This document shows positions 1-8,595 of a stretch of DNA of 64,000 nucleotides, piece after piece (within the stretch, counting starts at the first letter, position 1; every line of letters starts with the position of its first letter). Under the pieces are notes generated by a model. That model did no database searches, was not told the DNA's origin, and worked only from the letters and a program-made list of their open reading frames with translations. A program made the position numbers and the translations under genes. Source of the stretch: a virus (taxonomy: Duplodnaviria > Caudoviricetes). The DNA is taken from the IMG/VR virus record IMGVR_UViG_3300042894_007079, positions 785 to 64,784 of that record; one strand, 5' to 3'.

Positions 1-1215
1 CAAAAGTGGGGCCATTTGACTAAAATTGATATGGGTTATAATTCCGACCTACAAAAGGATGTTATCTATATTTTTAATAATGAAAATTGTTCTGATGATG
101 ATGTCAAAAATTCTTTTGTTGTAGATTCAAAAGGTATTGAGATACCAATTAGAGCTTTATCAGAAGTTACGACCTGGAAGGAAGAGGCAATAAAAGATAT
201 TGGTGGAGAAGACGCGTTCAATCAGGAGTATGGTTTAAGATTTATTAATGCTTCAAAATCGCTTCTTAACGAATCAATTATAGATGAATTGTTGAAAAAC
301 AAAAAACTTTATGAGTGGGAGGAGTTAGATGAGTTTGAAAGAAAATTAAAATTTAGTTATAAAGATTTAAGATGGGTACAGGATGATGATTTGTTCTTAC
401 CGATAAAAAGAAAAGAGTATAAGTTTGTAGTTTCTGTTGATATTTCTGAAGGTTTAGGACAAGATTATTCCGTTATTAATGTTTTTAGAATAAATCACAA
501 ATCAAAAGATACTATAGAAGTACAAAAAGCGGCTTATAAATCACTGGTAGATTTTTTTAGATTAGACCAGGTAGCAATTTTTAGAAGTAATCTATGTTCC
601 GTTAAGCAATTAGCCGAGTTTCTTTATGTTTTAGTATTTGAATATCTAAATCCAGAAAATGTAAGAGTGGTCTTAGAATTAAACAATTATGGTAATACGT
701 TGTTAGCTGAAATGCCACACGTGTTTGATGGTAACAATGATTATGGTTCATCTGTATTTGTTAGATATAAACACAGAGCTGATTCTACTGAAGAAAAGGT
801 AGGTCTTAAAGTTGGTGAAAATAAAAATTTATTAGTAAAAGACTATCAAGACCTGATGATGTCTAAAGGATTTTATATCAATAACGAAGATACAATTCGT
901 GAAATCACTACATTTGTTAAACATACTACAACAGCTGGTAATATCAGATATGCTGCTGATGTTGGTCATGATGATTGTGTTATGACAATCGTCAATGCTA
1001 CATCTATATTTTCAAAACCAGAGTTCAAAGAGTCTTGTGAAGAGTGGATGAACCGACATATTGACAAGAGTACATCATCTTATATAAACGAATGTTTAAA
1101 ACAAGTCGATTTTGTCGAAGGTTTAGACTATAGTCAATTATTAAGAGTAAGAAGACAAGTGTTAAGTCGTAATAGAGGTCAGGGTGGTGCTGGAAACTGG
1201 TTTGGAACCAATTAA
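1..1215 (+). CDS. gp17: Terminase large subunit, C-terminal nuclease part (gene starts before the window)
   Basis: Frame open from base 1. WKEE..FNQEY, VSVDISEGLGQDYS, LELNNYG and GHDDCVM are T4 gp17-type RNase H nuclease motifs. Confidence 0.9.
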   Translation, partial: QKWGHLTKIDMGYNSDLQKDVIYIFNNENCSDDDVKNSFVVDSKGIEIPIRALSEVTTWKEEAIKDIGGEDAFNQEYGLRFINASKSLLNESIIDELLKNKKLYEWEELDEFERKLKFSYKDLRWVQDDDLFLPIKRKEYKFVVSVDISEGLGQDYSVINVFRINHKSKDTIEVQKAAYKSLVDFFRLDQVAIFRSNLCSVKQLAEFLYVLVFEYLNPENVRVVLELNNYGNTLLAEMPHVFDGNNDYGSSVFVRYKHRADSTEEKVGLKVGENKNLLVKDYQDLMMSKGFYINNEDTIREITTFVKHTTTAGNIRYAADVGHDDCVMTIVNATSIFSKPEFKESCEEWMNRHIDKSTSSYINECLKQVDFVEGLDYSQLLRVRRQVLSRNRGQGGAGNWFGTN

Positions 1216-1500
1216 TTATTTGTTAACTTCCATAGTTACTGATAAACCTGAATTCTGCAATTTTTCTTTCATTGAAGAAATAGTATCATAATCACCGTAT
1301 TTGACATCGCATTTTCCTTTGAAGTGTACAATATGAGCACATTGATTAGCCTGTTCAAATTCATGTCCACAGTGTTTCATTAAGCAGTTGATTACATGGT
1401 CAAACGTATTGTAGTCATCATTATGAAGGTCTAATCGATAAGGTTTAGACAGTAATTCTTCGGCTTTAGATTGAGTTTGTTTTTTTGTAATTGTTGCCAT
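1216..1500 (-). CDS. clpS: ATP-dependent Clp protease adaptor ClpS
   Basis: LHNDDYNTFDHVINCL...QANQCAHIVHFKGKCDVK is the ClpS signature. Confidence 0.92.
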   Translation of the reverse strand: MATITKKQTQSKAEELLSKPYRLDLHNDDYNTFDHVINCLMKHCGHEFEQANQCAHIVHFKGKCDVKYGDYDTISSMKEKLQNSGLSVTMEVNK

Positions 1501-1517
1501 AATTAAACAGTTTTAGA

Positions 1518-2093
1518 TTATATATTAAAATTTATACTTGTTGTGGTTTTTCTTACCACGTCTACGATGTCAATTGGAATTTGTTGATTATTAGCCCATT
1601 CTTCAAATCGCGGAAGATGCTCATCTCTATCATCATACATAACAAATTTATCGCATTTTGTTATTTCGATTAATTTTTCAAATAATGTTGTCTTAAATGC
1701 AAAAGTATCACCACCCCAGTTAAGATAAATTCCTTTAGAACCGTTTCCATTTTGCTGTTCATCTGCTGATTTTATTGACCAGATTTCATCAAATGAAAAA
1801 TTGTGTTTATTTAGAATTTTTTCAATGTTTTGTCTCATGTTTGGAACTTTTTGAAGCCTACCAGTGGCTAAAATTCTAAGTGAATCTGTATCTTCTGTTG
1901 CTTTAAGATATTCTTTATACACCCACTCATTTTTTGGTGTATCAAAAACTTCTAAATCTAGTGTTTCTGGTTTTGACCACCATCCTCTATGTGGCCACGG
2001 TTGACCAGTTTTTTCTTGCCAGATTGATTCGCCCGGATCGGGTAACATTGTGTGAAAAAGTGTATCATCAAAATCAAAAGAATATAAAGTCAT
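1518..2093 (-). CDS. HAD-family phosphatase (Swiss-army-knife RNA-repair-like HAD)
   Basis: FDFDDTLF motif I, ATGR motif II, MYDDR motif IV, and WWSKP. Confidence 0.7.
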   Translation of the reverse strand: MTLYSFDFDDTLFHTMLPDPGESIWQEKTGQPWPHRGWWSKPETLDLEVFDTPKNEWVYKEYLKATEDTDSLRILATGRLQKVPNMRQNIEKILNKHNFSFDEIWSIKSADEQQNGNGSKGIYLNWGGDTFAFKTTLFEKLIEITKCDKFVMYDDRDEHLPRFEEWANNQQIPIDIVDVVRKTTTSINFNI

Positions 2094-2118
2094 TTCTTAT
2101 TTATTAAAAAAATTTTTA

Positions 2119-2126
2119 CAAATATA
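2119..2126 (-). promoter_or_regulatory. Bacteroidota sigma-A -7 element (TATATTTG)
   Basis: TAnnTTTG on the minus strand, about 25 nt upstream of the HAD gene start. Confidence 0.55.
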
Positions 2127-2200
2127 GTAAAAAAACTAAAAATTACGAAAATTTAGAGAGTTTTATTATTTTATATATATCATAAATTTAATAAAAAGTT

Positions 2201-2617
2201 ATGAAGGTTAGGTTAGATTTAAAGTCAATTGTTATAATTTCTTTAGCAGTTGTTTGTCTTTTATTTTTTTCTCTTTGGTTTCTAAAGGGTACCGGGTATA
2301 AAAAAGAGTTCAAATTGTTAGAGCAACAATATAAAAATTTACAACATACTAGAGATTCTTTACAAAGAGTAAATCTAAAATTAAAAAGTGATTTTAATAA
2401 AACTCAAAAATCAATTGATGATAGAGACAAAAAAATCAAACAAATTGAGAACGAACTAAATAAGTCTAAAACACAATTAAATAAAGCGAACTCTGAGTTG
2501 AGTAGAAACAAAAAAGACTTGGATGAAACTAAGAAAAAAATTGAAGATCTTAAGAAAAGTCCTATCAAAAGAGAAGGTGAAGATTTGTTAAATTCCTTAA
2601 AAGAAAAATTAAAATAA
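2201..2617 (+). CDS. N-terminal TM anchor plus coiled-coil protein (i-spanin-like topology)
   Basis: Hydrophobic residues ~10-28 followed by a long Lys-rich heptad region. Confidence 0.5.
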   Translation: MKVRLDLKSIVIISLAVVCLLFFSLWFLKGTGYKKEFKLLEQQYKNLQHTRDSLQRVNLKLKSDFNKTQKSIDDRDKKIKQIENELNKSKTQLNKANSELSRNKKDLDETKKKIEDLKKSPIKREGEDLLNSLKEKLK

Positions 2618-2620
2618 AAT

Positions 2621-3118
2621 ATGAAAAATATACTATTGTCATTTTTGTTTGTTGTAATATCATTAGTTGGTTATTCTCAAACATATCCAAGATTTGAAAC
2701 CGATTCTACTGGTCAGAAACTATTAGTAATGACTTATGAGCAAGCACAGAAGATTGATAATGCTTTTGAGTTATTAAATTTACTTGAAAAGGCAGGTGCT
2801 GAATGTGACAATCTTACTCTTTCGTATATTAAAGTGATAGATGAGTATAAACATCAAGTTAGTCTTTTACAAACCGATATTACACTCCATAAAGGACAAA
2901 TTACAGATAAAGATAATCAATTAGCAAATCTTGAACAAAGATTGGCTAACTGTGAAACAAACGTTGCGACCTGTGACCAACAAATAGAAGTAAGGAATAA
3001 ACAAATAGGACTTTTGGAAAATGAGGTCAGAACGCTTAAGACAAAAAGAAATATCGCTTACGGTGTTGGCATAGGTGGTATTATAGGCGGTATTTTATTA
3101 GTTTTATTAATTCATTAA
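2621..3118 (+). CDS. Signal peptide, coiled coil and C-terminal TM protein
   Basis: MKNILLSFLFVVISLVGYSQ signal peptide; C-terminal YGVGIGGIIGGILLVLLIH. Confidence 0.5.
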   Translation: MKNILLSFLFVVISLVGYSQTYPRFETDSTGQKLLVMTYEQAQKIDNAFELLNLLEKAGAECDNLTLSYIKVIDEYKHQVSLLQTDITLHKGQITDKDNQLANLEQRLANCETNVATCDQQIEVRNKQIGLLENEVRTLKTKRNIAYGVGIGGIIGGILLVLLIH

Positions 3119-3145
3119 AATGTATAAAAAATGAATTTTTTTAAT

Positions 3146-3154
3146 TAATATATA
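3146..3154 (+). promoter_or_regulatory. Putative late promoter TAATATATA
   Basis: Recurrent intergenic 9-mer upstream of ORF 3179. Confidence 0.65.
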
Positions 3155-3178
3155 ACTCATAAAAAATATAATTTAAAA

Positions 3179-3898
3179 ATGAAGCACATAAGAACATTTG
3201 AAAGTTATCGTGTTAGAAAAAACAGAGAAGAGATTATTAAAGAATCTGTTCTTCAAGTAAACGATATCTATAAAGTTAAGACTATGATTGATATTCCTCA
3301 GTCATTAATCAATGCTTACGTTAAAAAAGTAAAAGATACTACTGGTAAAAACTTACGTCAGTTTTTTGGTGATGTTGATATCGCTGAAGAGATTGTTAAG
3401 TTTATTAATATGAATAATCTGGATGTTGAAAAAATTCCAGGTAATGCTATTATGGGTGGTGCTCAGGGACAAACACAGGGTCAGGGTCAGTCACAAGTTC
3501 AAGTAGAAGGTGAAGCTCAGGCTCAACCACAAGTTGAAGCTCAACCACAAGCTGAAGCTCAACCAGAAGGTGGTCAGGCTCAGGCTCAGGAATTTGAAGA
3601 ACCTCAAGGTCAAGCACAAGGTCAAGCACAAGGTCAAGCACAAGGTCAAGCACAAGGTCAGGCACAAGGTCAGGCACAAGGTCAGGCACAAGGTCAAGCA
3701 CAAGGTCAGGCACAAGGTCAGGCACAAGGTCAGGCACAAGGTCAGGCACAAGGTCAGGCACAAGGTCAAGCACAAGGTCAAGCACAAGGTCAAGCACAAG
3801 GTCAGGCACAAGGTCAGGCACAAGGTCAGGCACAAGGTCAAGCTCAGGCTCAAGCACAAGAAGAGGAAGAAGAGGGCGAGGAAGAATTACCAGCTTAA
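3179..3898 (+). CDS. Putative head-associated protein with CTS-like leader and (GQAQ)n tail
   Basis: MKHIRTFES leader, late promoter, Q/G/A repeat and acidic end. Confidence 0.6.
   Translation: MKHIRTFESYRVRKNREEIIKESVLQVNDIYKVKTMIDIPQSLINAYVKKVKDTTGKNLRQFFGDVDIAEEIVKFINMNNLDVEKIPGNAIMGGAQGQTQGQGQSQVQVEGEAQAQPQVEAQPQAEAQPEGGQAQAQEFEEPQGQAQGQAQGQAQGQAQGQAQGQAQGQAQGQAQGQAQGQAQGQAQGQAQGQAQGQAQGQAQGQAQGQAQGQAQGQAQGQAQAQAQEEEEEGEEELPA
3605..3844 (+). repeat. 20 x 12-bp tandem repeat CAAGGTCARGCA (QGQA)
   Basis: Directly visible; variation is almost only synonymous A/G. Confidence 0.95.
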
Positions 3899-3918
3899 TC
3901 TAATCAAAATATTTAGAG

Positions 3919-3945
3919 AACCCATCAGAAATGATGGGTTTTTTT
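3919..3945 (+). terminator. Rho-independent terminator
   Basis: AACCCATCA-GAAA-TGATGGGTT followed by a T-run. Confidence 0.85.
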
Positions 3946-3961
3946 ATTTAATATATAATTT

Positions 3962-4573
3962 ATGAAGTTTATTAAAACATTTGAAAGTTATAACGAAGAC
4001 ACTCTTATAATCGTTGATGTTCAAAAATCATTCAAAAAGTATTTCTCAGAGATGTATTTGAATGAACTTAAAAAATATTGTAAAAACTTTCAAAATGTTT
4101 ACCAACTTTGGGACAATCACGTGGATGGCAAGATAGTAGATAAAGATTACTTATATGACGAATATCCAGAAATTCCTATTCATAGAGACTTATATCACTT
4201 TCCAAATCAAAAAGAATTGATAGAAAAACGATACAACTATGATGTTGATGCTGATTTCTACAAAAGAATTTTAGACAAGTCGGTTTATGATGAGATAAGT
4301 AAAGGAGAAGAGAAAAAATCACTTAAAAAAGGAGATATTTTTCCTACAAAAGAAGGAACTGTAATTACTTTTATCAACAACAATCACGTTTGGTTTCATG
4401 TACCAAAAAAACTTTATGATTTATTAGTTGGCTTAAAAGGTAAAGAAGTAGTTATTGTTGGTGGTGCTGATTCTGAGTGTTTAGAAGATGTAGTTACCAC
4501 TGCGGAAAGTTTGGGAGTTAAAATCAAAAGAAATTATAAATTTATTTATACGGCTCAAAGCTGTCCAATATAG
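3962..4573 (+). CDS. Isochorismatase/cysteine hydrolase-like protein with CTS-like leader
   Basis: TLIIVDVQ and VGGADSECLEDV motifs; MKFIKTFES leader; TAATATATA at 3949-3957. Confidence 0.65.
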   Translation: MKFIKTFESYNEDTLIIVDVQKSFKKYFSEMYLNELKKYCKNFQNVYQLWDNHVDGKIVDKDYLYDEYPEIPIHRDLYHFPNQKELIEKRYNYDVDADFYKRILDKSVYDEISKGEEKKSLKKGDIFPTKEGTVITFINNNHVWFHVPKKLYDLLVGLKGKEVVIVGGADSECLEDVVTTAESLGVKIKRNYKFIYTAQSCPI

Positions 4574-4951
4574 TTATTTTACTCGAACATTCACCTCTAC
4601 TTCACTTATTGAAAAGAAAATATACATATATTCTTGAAAATTATCTGGATCTTGATTTATTTCCACTGAAAGTTCATAATTTATACCTTCTAACTCTGGA
4701 ATATAATCTGCAATTTGGGCTCTAATATCGCCTTCGATTGCTGGTGCTGAAAGTAATGTCTCATGTAGTAAGGCAGTTAAATCACATCCAAAGTTTGGAT
4801 CGCCTAATAGCTCGCCTTTGTTGGTAAAAAGTATCATTTCATACTTTTGTAGAATTACTCTTACTGTGTCGTCTTCTATAAATTTATAACTAGTATAGTT
4901 TGGGTGACCTGGATATTTTATATAAAAGTCAATGAAATTGAAATTTGCCAT
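4574..4951 (-). CDS. gp25: Baseplate wedge gp25-like protein
   Basis: ILFTNKGELLGDPNFGCDL matches the gp25/GPW signature. Confidence 0.75.
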   Translation of the reverse strand: MANFNFIDFYIKYPGHPNYTSYKFIEDDTVRVILQKYEMILFTNKGELLGDPNFGCDLTALLHETLLSAPAIEGDIRAQIADYIPELEGINYELSVEINQDPDNFQEYMYIFFSISEVEVNVRVK

Positions 4952-4977
4952 GAACTATATATAAATATATTTTATTT

Positions 4978-5940
4978 TCAATTTAGAAGGTCTCTGAATT
5001 TTCCAATAATTGTCATTCCTAAAATAATTGGATCTGTATTTGTTTCTAATTTATCAGTATAATCGGCTATAATATAATTACATTCAAATAATTTTTCAAC
5101 ATTTTTATTCTCTGAAATAGACCAATCAGTAAATGGTCTTCCTAATAATTTAATCAGAGTGTCGATTTTTTCAGCACCAAAGTTATTCATTAGAAAATGA
5201 TAAACTTTTTCATAGTCTGATGATTTGTCATAAATACAATTATATAAATCTAACTTAACCTTGTTACTTACATTAGAAGAGTTCTCTCCAATATTTCCGG
5301 TTTGTAAGTAATTTTGTACTTCTACCATTATAGAACGGAAATCTGGAAACTTTTTCTGAACAATTTCAATTAGATGATCTTTTGGAATTTCTTTGCCTTC
5401 CGATGGAAGGATTTTTTTCATAATTCGTTTTGCAATTTCTTGTTTAAGATATTTTTCCTCTTCAATACTTTGACAATCAAAATTAATTTGTGGAATTCTA
5501 GATTTTATACCATCTGTAATTTTGTTAATGTGGTTGGTGGTTATAATGAACCTTACGTTTTTATTATACTTTTCAATAAATGCTTTGAATGCGTCTTGAA
5601 ACTGAACTGATACCCTTTCAAACTCATCTAAGAAAATAAATTTTATATCAGATTCCGATTCCATCATCGGTGTGAATTTGCAAAAATTTTCAATTTCTCC
5701 TCTTAAAACATCAATTGATGTGTATAGTGAACTATTTAGTTCTAAATAAGGTGTGTTTTTTGTGTATTTACCTATGAGGATTCTTGCTAAACTGGTTTTC
5801 CCGGTTCCGTAGTTTCCATAAAAGATATAATTACCGTTTACGCCATTTTCGAAGTATTTTCGAATTCTGGGAAGTAGTATAACATCGTCCATGTTTTTTG
5901 GTCTCCACTTTTCCCAAAGTAGTAAATTATTTAAGCTCAT
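4978..5940 (-). CDS. gp44: Sliding-clamp loader AAA+ subunit (gp44/RFC small subunit-like)
   Basis: LWEKWRPK, Walker A GNYGTGKT, Walker B FLDEFE, IKSR, FPDFR. Confidence 0.9.
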   Translation of the reverse strand: MSLNNLLLWEKWRPKNMDDVILLPRIRKYFENGVNGNYIFYGNYGTGKTSLARILIGKYTKNTPYLELNSSLYTSIDVLRGEIENFCKFTPMMESESDIKFIFLDEFERVSVQFQDAFKAFIEKYNKNVRFIITTNHINKITDGIKSRIPQINFDCQSIEEEKYLKQEIAKRIMKKILPSEGKEIPKDHLIEIVQKKFPDFRSIMVEVQNYLQTGNIGENSSNVSNKVKLDLYNCIYDKSSDYEKVYHFLMNNFGAEKIDTLIKLLGRPFTDWSISENKNVEKLFECNYIIADYTDKLETNTDPIILGMTIIGKFRDLLN

Positions 5941-5995
5941 ATAAAATATATTTTGATTAGTTAAGAAGTTTAGAAAGAAGTCTTTTTTTATATAT

Positions 5996-7177
5996 ATGAT
6001 TATGATCGGTGAAAGATTTAATATGGAGGATGTTTTCTTCCGAGATTTGACGGTTTGTGTTTTAGATACACTGGAGGGTCAAATTAGATGGGTTAACAGA
6101 TTTTCTTCTGGAGATTTTCCGGTAGAAGTTCCTTTCTATTATTCTTTGACGGGTGATGAAAGATTTTTACTTGATACTTTTCAAGATGATATAGTTTCTG
6201 AAAATAGATTTATCGAGTTAAATACAGATGTTATACCTCGTGGTCACATCACGATGAAGTCATTTAATATTACTTCAGATGAATTTGCTAATCCAAATGT
6301 TTGGCTAAGAATGGTTGTTGAAAATGAACACGAAATCAGAAAAATATTAGCAAAGGTTAGAGCTGTGCCAATTGTAGTTGATTATGATTTGACTATATTA
6401 CTTTCTAATGAAATTGATACTTTCAAATGTTCTCAGGCAATTATGGATACACTTTGGATTTATAAATTTATGTATTTTGAACATAATTTTATGAATATAG
6501 ATGCCGTTATGTTACTTCCTGATACAAATCAAATTGAAATCAACAGAGAAAAGAATTTAACAAGTGACAACACAATTAAATTAACAGTTTCTTTTCAGGT
6601 ACAGACTTATTACCCAGCATTTAGAAAAGACCGAGTAAATCCTCAGGGTTATCCGAGATACTATGGTGATGGTATGACCGATATGAATGGTTATAACTTA
6701 ACAGGTGGATTTTCTGACTATTTTAGTGGTGTTGCAAATTCTGGAAGTCCATTAGATCCGTTGTCAGCTTCTTCTGGGCCTAATATACCAAATGGTGCTA
6801 GTTCTACTAGACCGCCTTTGGCACCCAATGGTTTTCCACCTGGTCGACCATTTCCACCTCCTCCTGTTAGTCCGATTTTCCCTTCGTCTGTTAGTGGTCA
6901 GCCTGTTTGGCAAAACAATGGTCTTACTGGTGGTGGTGCTACGTTTAGTATAACTGTTGGTACTGGAAGCGTTAACACTAATCCTAATCCATCTACAAGT
7001 CCGTGGGGTGGAGATTCACCTACAGGTGCTGCGCCTTCTGATGATCCTAACTACTATATGTACGCTCCAAAGAGAACGAGATGGTTTAGTAACATATTAA
7101 GAGCGAGACAAAGATCTACTACTCCGATATTAAATCCCAATGCTGGAAACCCAAATCGGACTAATGGACCAAATTAA
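5996..7177 (+). CDS. Tail terminator/sheath stabilizer gp15-like protein with Pro/Gly-rich extension
   Basis: VPFYYS, IPRGHI and PIVVDYDLTI pattern resembles T4 gp15; low-complexity C-terminal half. Confidence 0.55.
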   Translation: MIMIGERFNMEDVFFRDLTVCVLDTLEGQIRWVNRFSSGDFPVEVPFYYSLTGDERFLLDTFQDDIVSENRFIELNTDVIPRGHITMKSFNITSDEFANPNVWLRMVVENEHEIRKILAKVRAVPIVVDYDLTILLSNEIDTFKCSQAIMDTLWIYKFMYFEHNFMNIDAVMLLPDTNQIEINREKNLTSDNTIKLTVSFQVQTYYPAFRKDRVNPQGYPRYYGDGMTDMNGYNLTGGFSDYFSGVANSGSPLDPLSASSGPNIPNGASSTRPPLAPNGFPPGRPFPPPPVSPIFPSSVSGQPVWQNNGLTGGGATFSITVGTGSVNTNPNPSTSPWGGDSPTGAAPSDDPNYYMYAPKRTRWFSNILRARQRSTTPILNPNAGNPNRTNGPN

Positions 7178-7246
7178 AAAAATAGCAAAAAACGGTTTTT
7201 TTCTATTAATATATAGAGTAATAAATAAAAAAAAATATTATAAAAT

Positions 7247-8527
7247 ATGAAGAATCTTAAGCTAGAGTTGTTTAACTTCAAAAAGAATCTTTCGCTTGAC
7301 CAAGAAGAGATTTCAGCAATCGTAGAAGGACACATGAATGCTTGTAACGAACATTCTGAAAAAACTATTGTTAATTCTCTCAATGAAAGATTAAAGGCTT
7401 ATACATATGATAAAAGTGTTAAATCCTTATTAGAAAGCCTCAATGATGATGTGAAGAATTATGAATTATTGTATGAGTTAAAAAATTTATATAATGTATT
7501 AAATTCTAAAAATCAAGGAGAATTGTACAGACACCCAATTAACGTGCTTTTACAAACTATCAACTTGGATTCTGACCAAGATAGGATGTCAAAAGTTCTT
7601 AACGAATTGGCTATTTATGATTGGGTTCCTGAGATTAAATTATTCGTTCATAATTTAACTACATCACCAGAGCAAAAGACTAATTTGTTGAGTGGTGGTA
7701 AAGGTGAATCAGTATTCACAATCGTTGAGCAAGTGGAAGATGGTCATATTGCACTTGTAAGAGATTCTTGGTTTATTTTAACTGAAAATTCAATTGAAAA
7801 AACTCTTCTTGAGACACATGTTAAAGATGAGCAAGAACTTAGAAGCTTAAGATTGATTGAGTCTGCACTTAAATATGCTCAAATTTCAGATGATAGAGTA
7901 AATTTCAGAATTTCTGAATATTTAACTGTTGGTCTGGGTGTTAGTGGAAAAGGTATTTTTATCAATGATGATGAATTAGATGGTGAAACTACATTAGAAT
8001 CACTTTTCAACTCACCAATCGTTCCAATCGTTAATAAAAATTTCTATCCAGTTCTTTTAGAAGTATCTCAAAATATGGATAAATTTGTTGAGTTAGATGT
8101 TGTTAAAAGAATTAACAACTTAATTAACCCACATTTAGAGTGTTTTGCTTTCAATTACAAAAACAACACATTCTTATACAGATGTGACGAAAGATATGGT
8201 AATTCATTCTTCAAATATGAGTCTGCTATTGAATTAGTTAACGAAGTTAGAAACGAACTTAATTATGATTTAACTTATTTCTTTGAAAATAAATTAGATA
8301 AAGAGTTAGTTGTTAAGAGAAAATTAGAAGACAAAGAAAGAGAAGTTTCTTTAAAATTAGAAGATGTTAACTTCAATATTGAAAAAATTAAAGGTTCTAT
8401 TGAATTAATCGGTGAGTCTGAAATTCTTTCTACGGCTCTTGGTAATCTTAGTAAGAGAAAAAACTCATTAGAAACAGAACTTAATGGAATTAAAGAATTA
8501 AAGTATAAAGAAAGATTAAAACTTTAA
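7247..8527 (+). CDS. Late-expressed hypothetical protein with C-terminal coiled coil (probable structural)
   Basis: 426-aa ORF with TAATATATA at 7207-7215 and a downstream terminator. Confidence 0.55.
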   Translation: MKNLKLELFNFKKNLSLDQEEISAIVEGHMNACNEHSEKTIVNSLNERLKAYTYDKSVKSLLESLNDDVKNYELLYELKNLYNVLNSKNQGELYRHPINVLLQTINLDSDQDRMSKVLNELAIYDWVPEIKLFVHNLTTSPEQKTNLLSGGKGESVFTIVEQVEDGHIALVRDSWFILTENSIEKTLLETHVKDEQELRSLRLIESALKYAQISDDRVNFRISEYLTVGLGVSGKGIFINDDELDGETTLESLFNSPIVPIVNKNFYPVLLEVSQNMDKFVELDVVKRINNLINPHLECFAFNYKNNTFLYRCDERYGNSFFKYESAIELVNEVRNELNYDLTYFFENKLDKELVVKRKLEDKEREVSLKLEDVNFNIEKIKGSIELIGESEILSTALGNLSKRKNSLETELNGIKELKYKERLKL

Positions 8528-8546
8528 TTTTATTAAATAATTAATT

Positions 8547-8578
8547 AAAACCTCAATTTTAAAAATTGAGGTTTTTTT
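8547..8578 (+). terminator. Rho-independent terminator
   Basis: AAAACCTCAATTTT / AAAATTGAGGTTTT hairpin plus T-run. Confidence 0.75.
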
Positions 8579-8595
8579 ATTTAATATATATGAGT

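Noticed and set aside
1-175. Possible intein in the terminase
   Set aside because: The segment before WKEE looks like an insertion but has no His-Asn/Cys-Ser-Thr splice junction, and its start is outside the window.
3450-3965. ORFs 3450-3857(-), 3491-3859(-) and 3510-3965(+)
   Set aside because: Shadow frames kept open by the stop-free 12-bp repeat.
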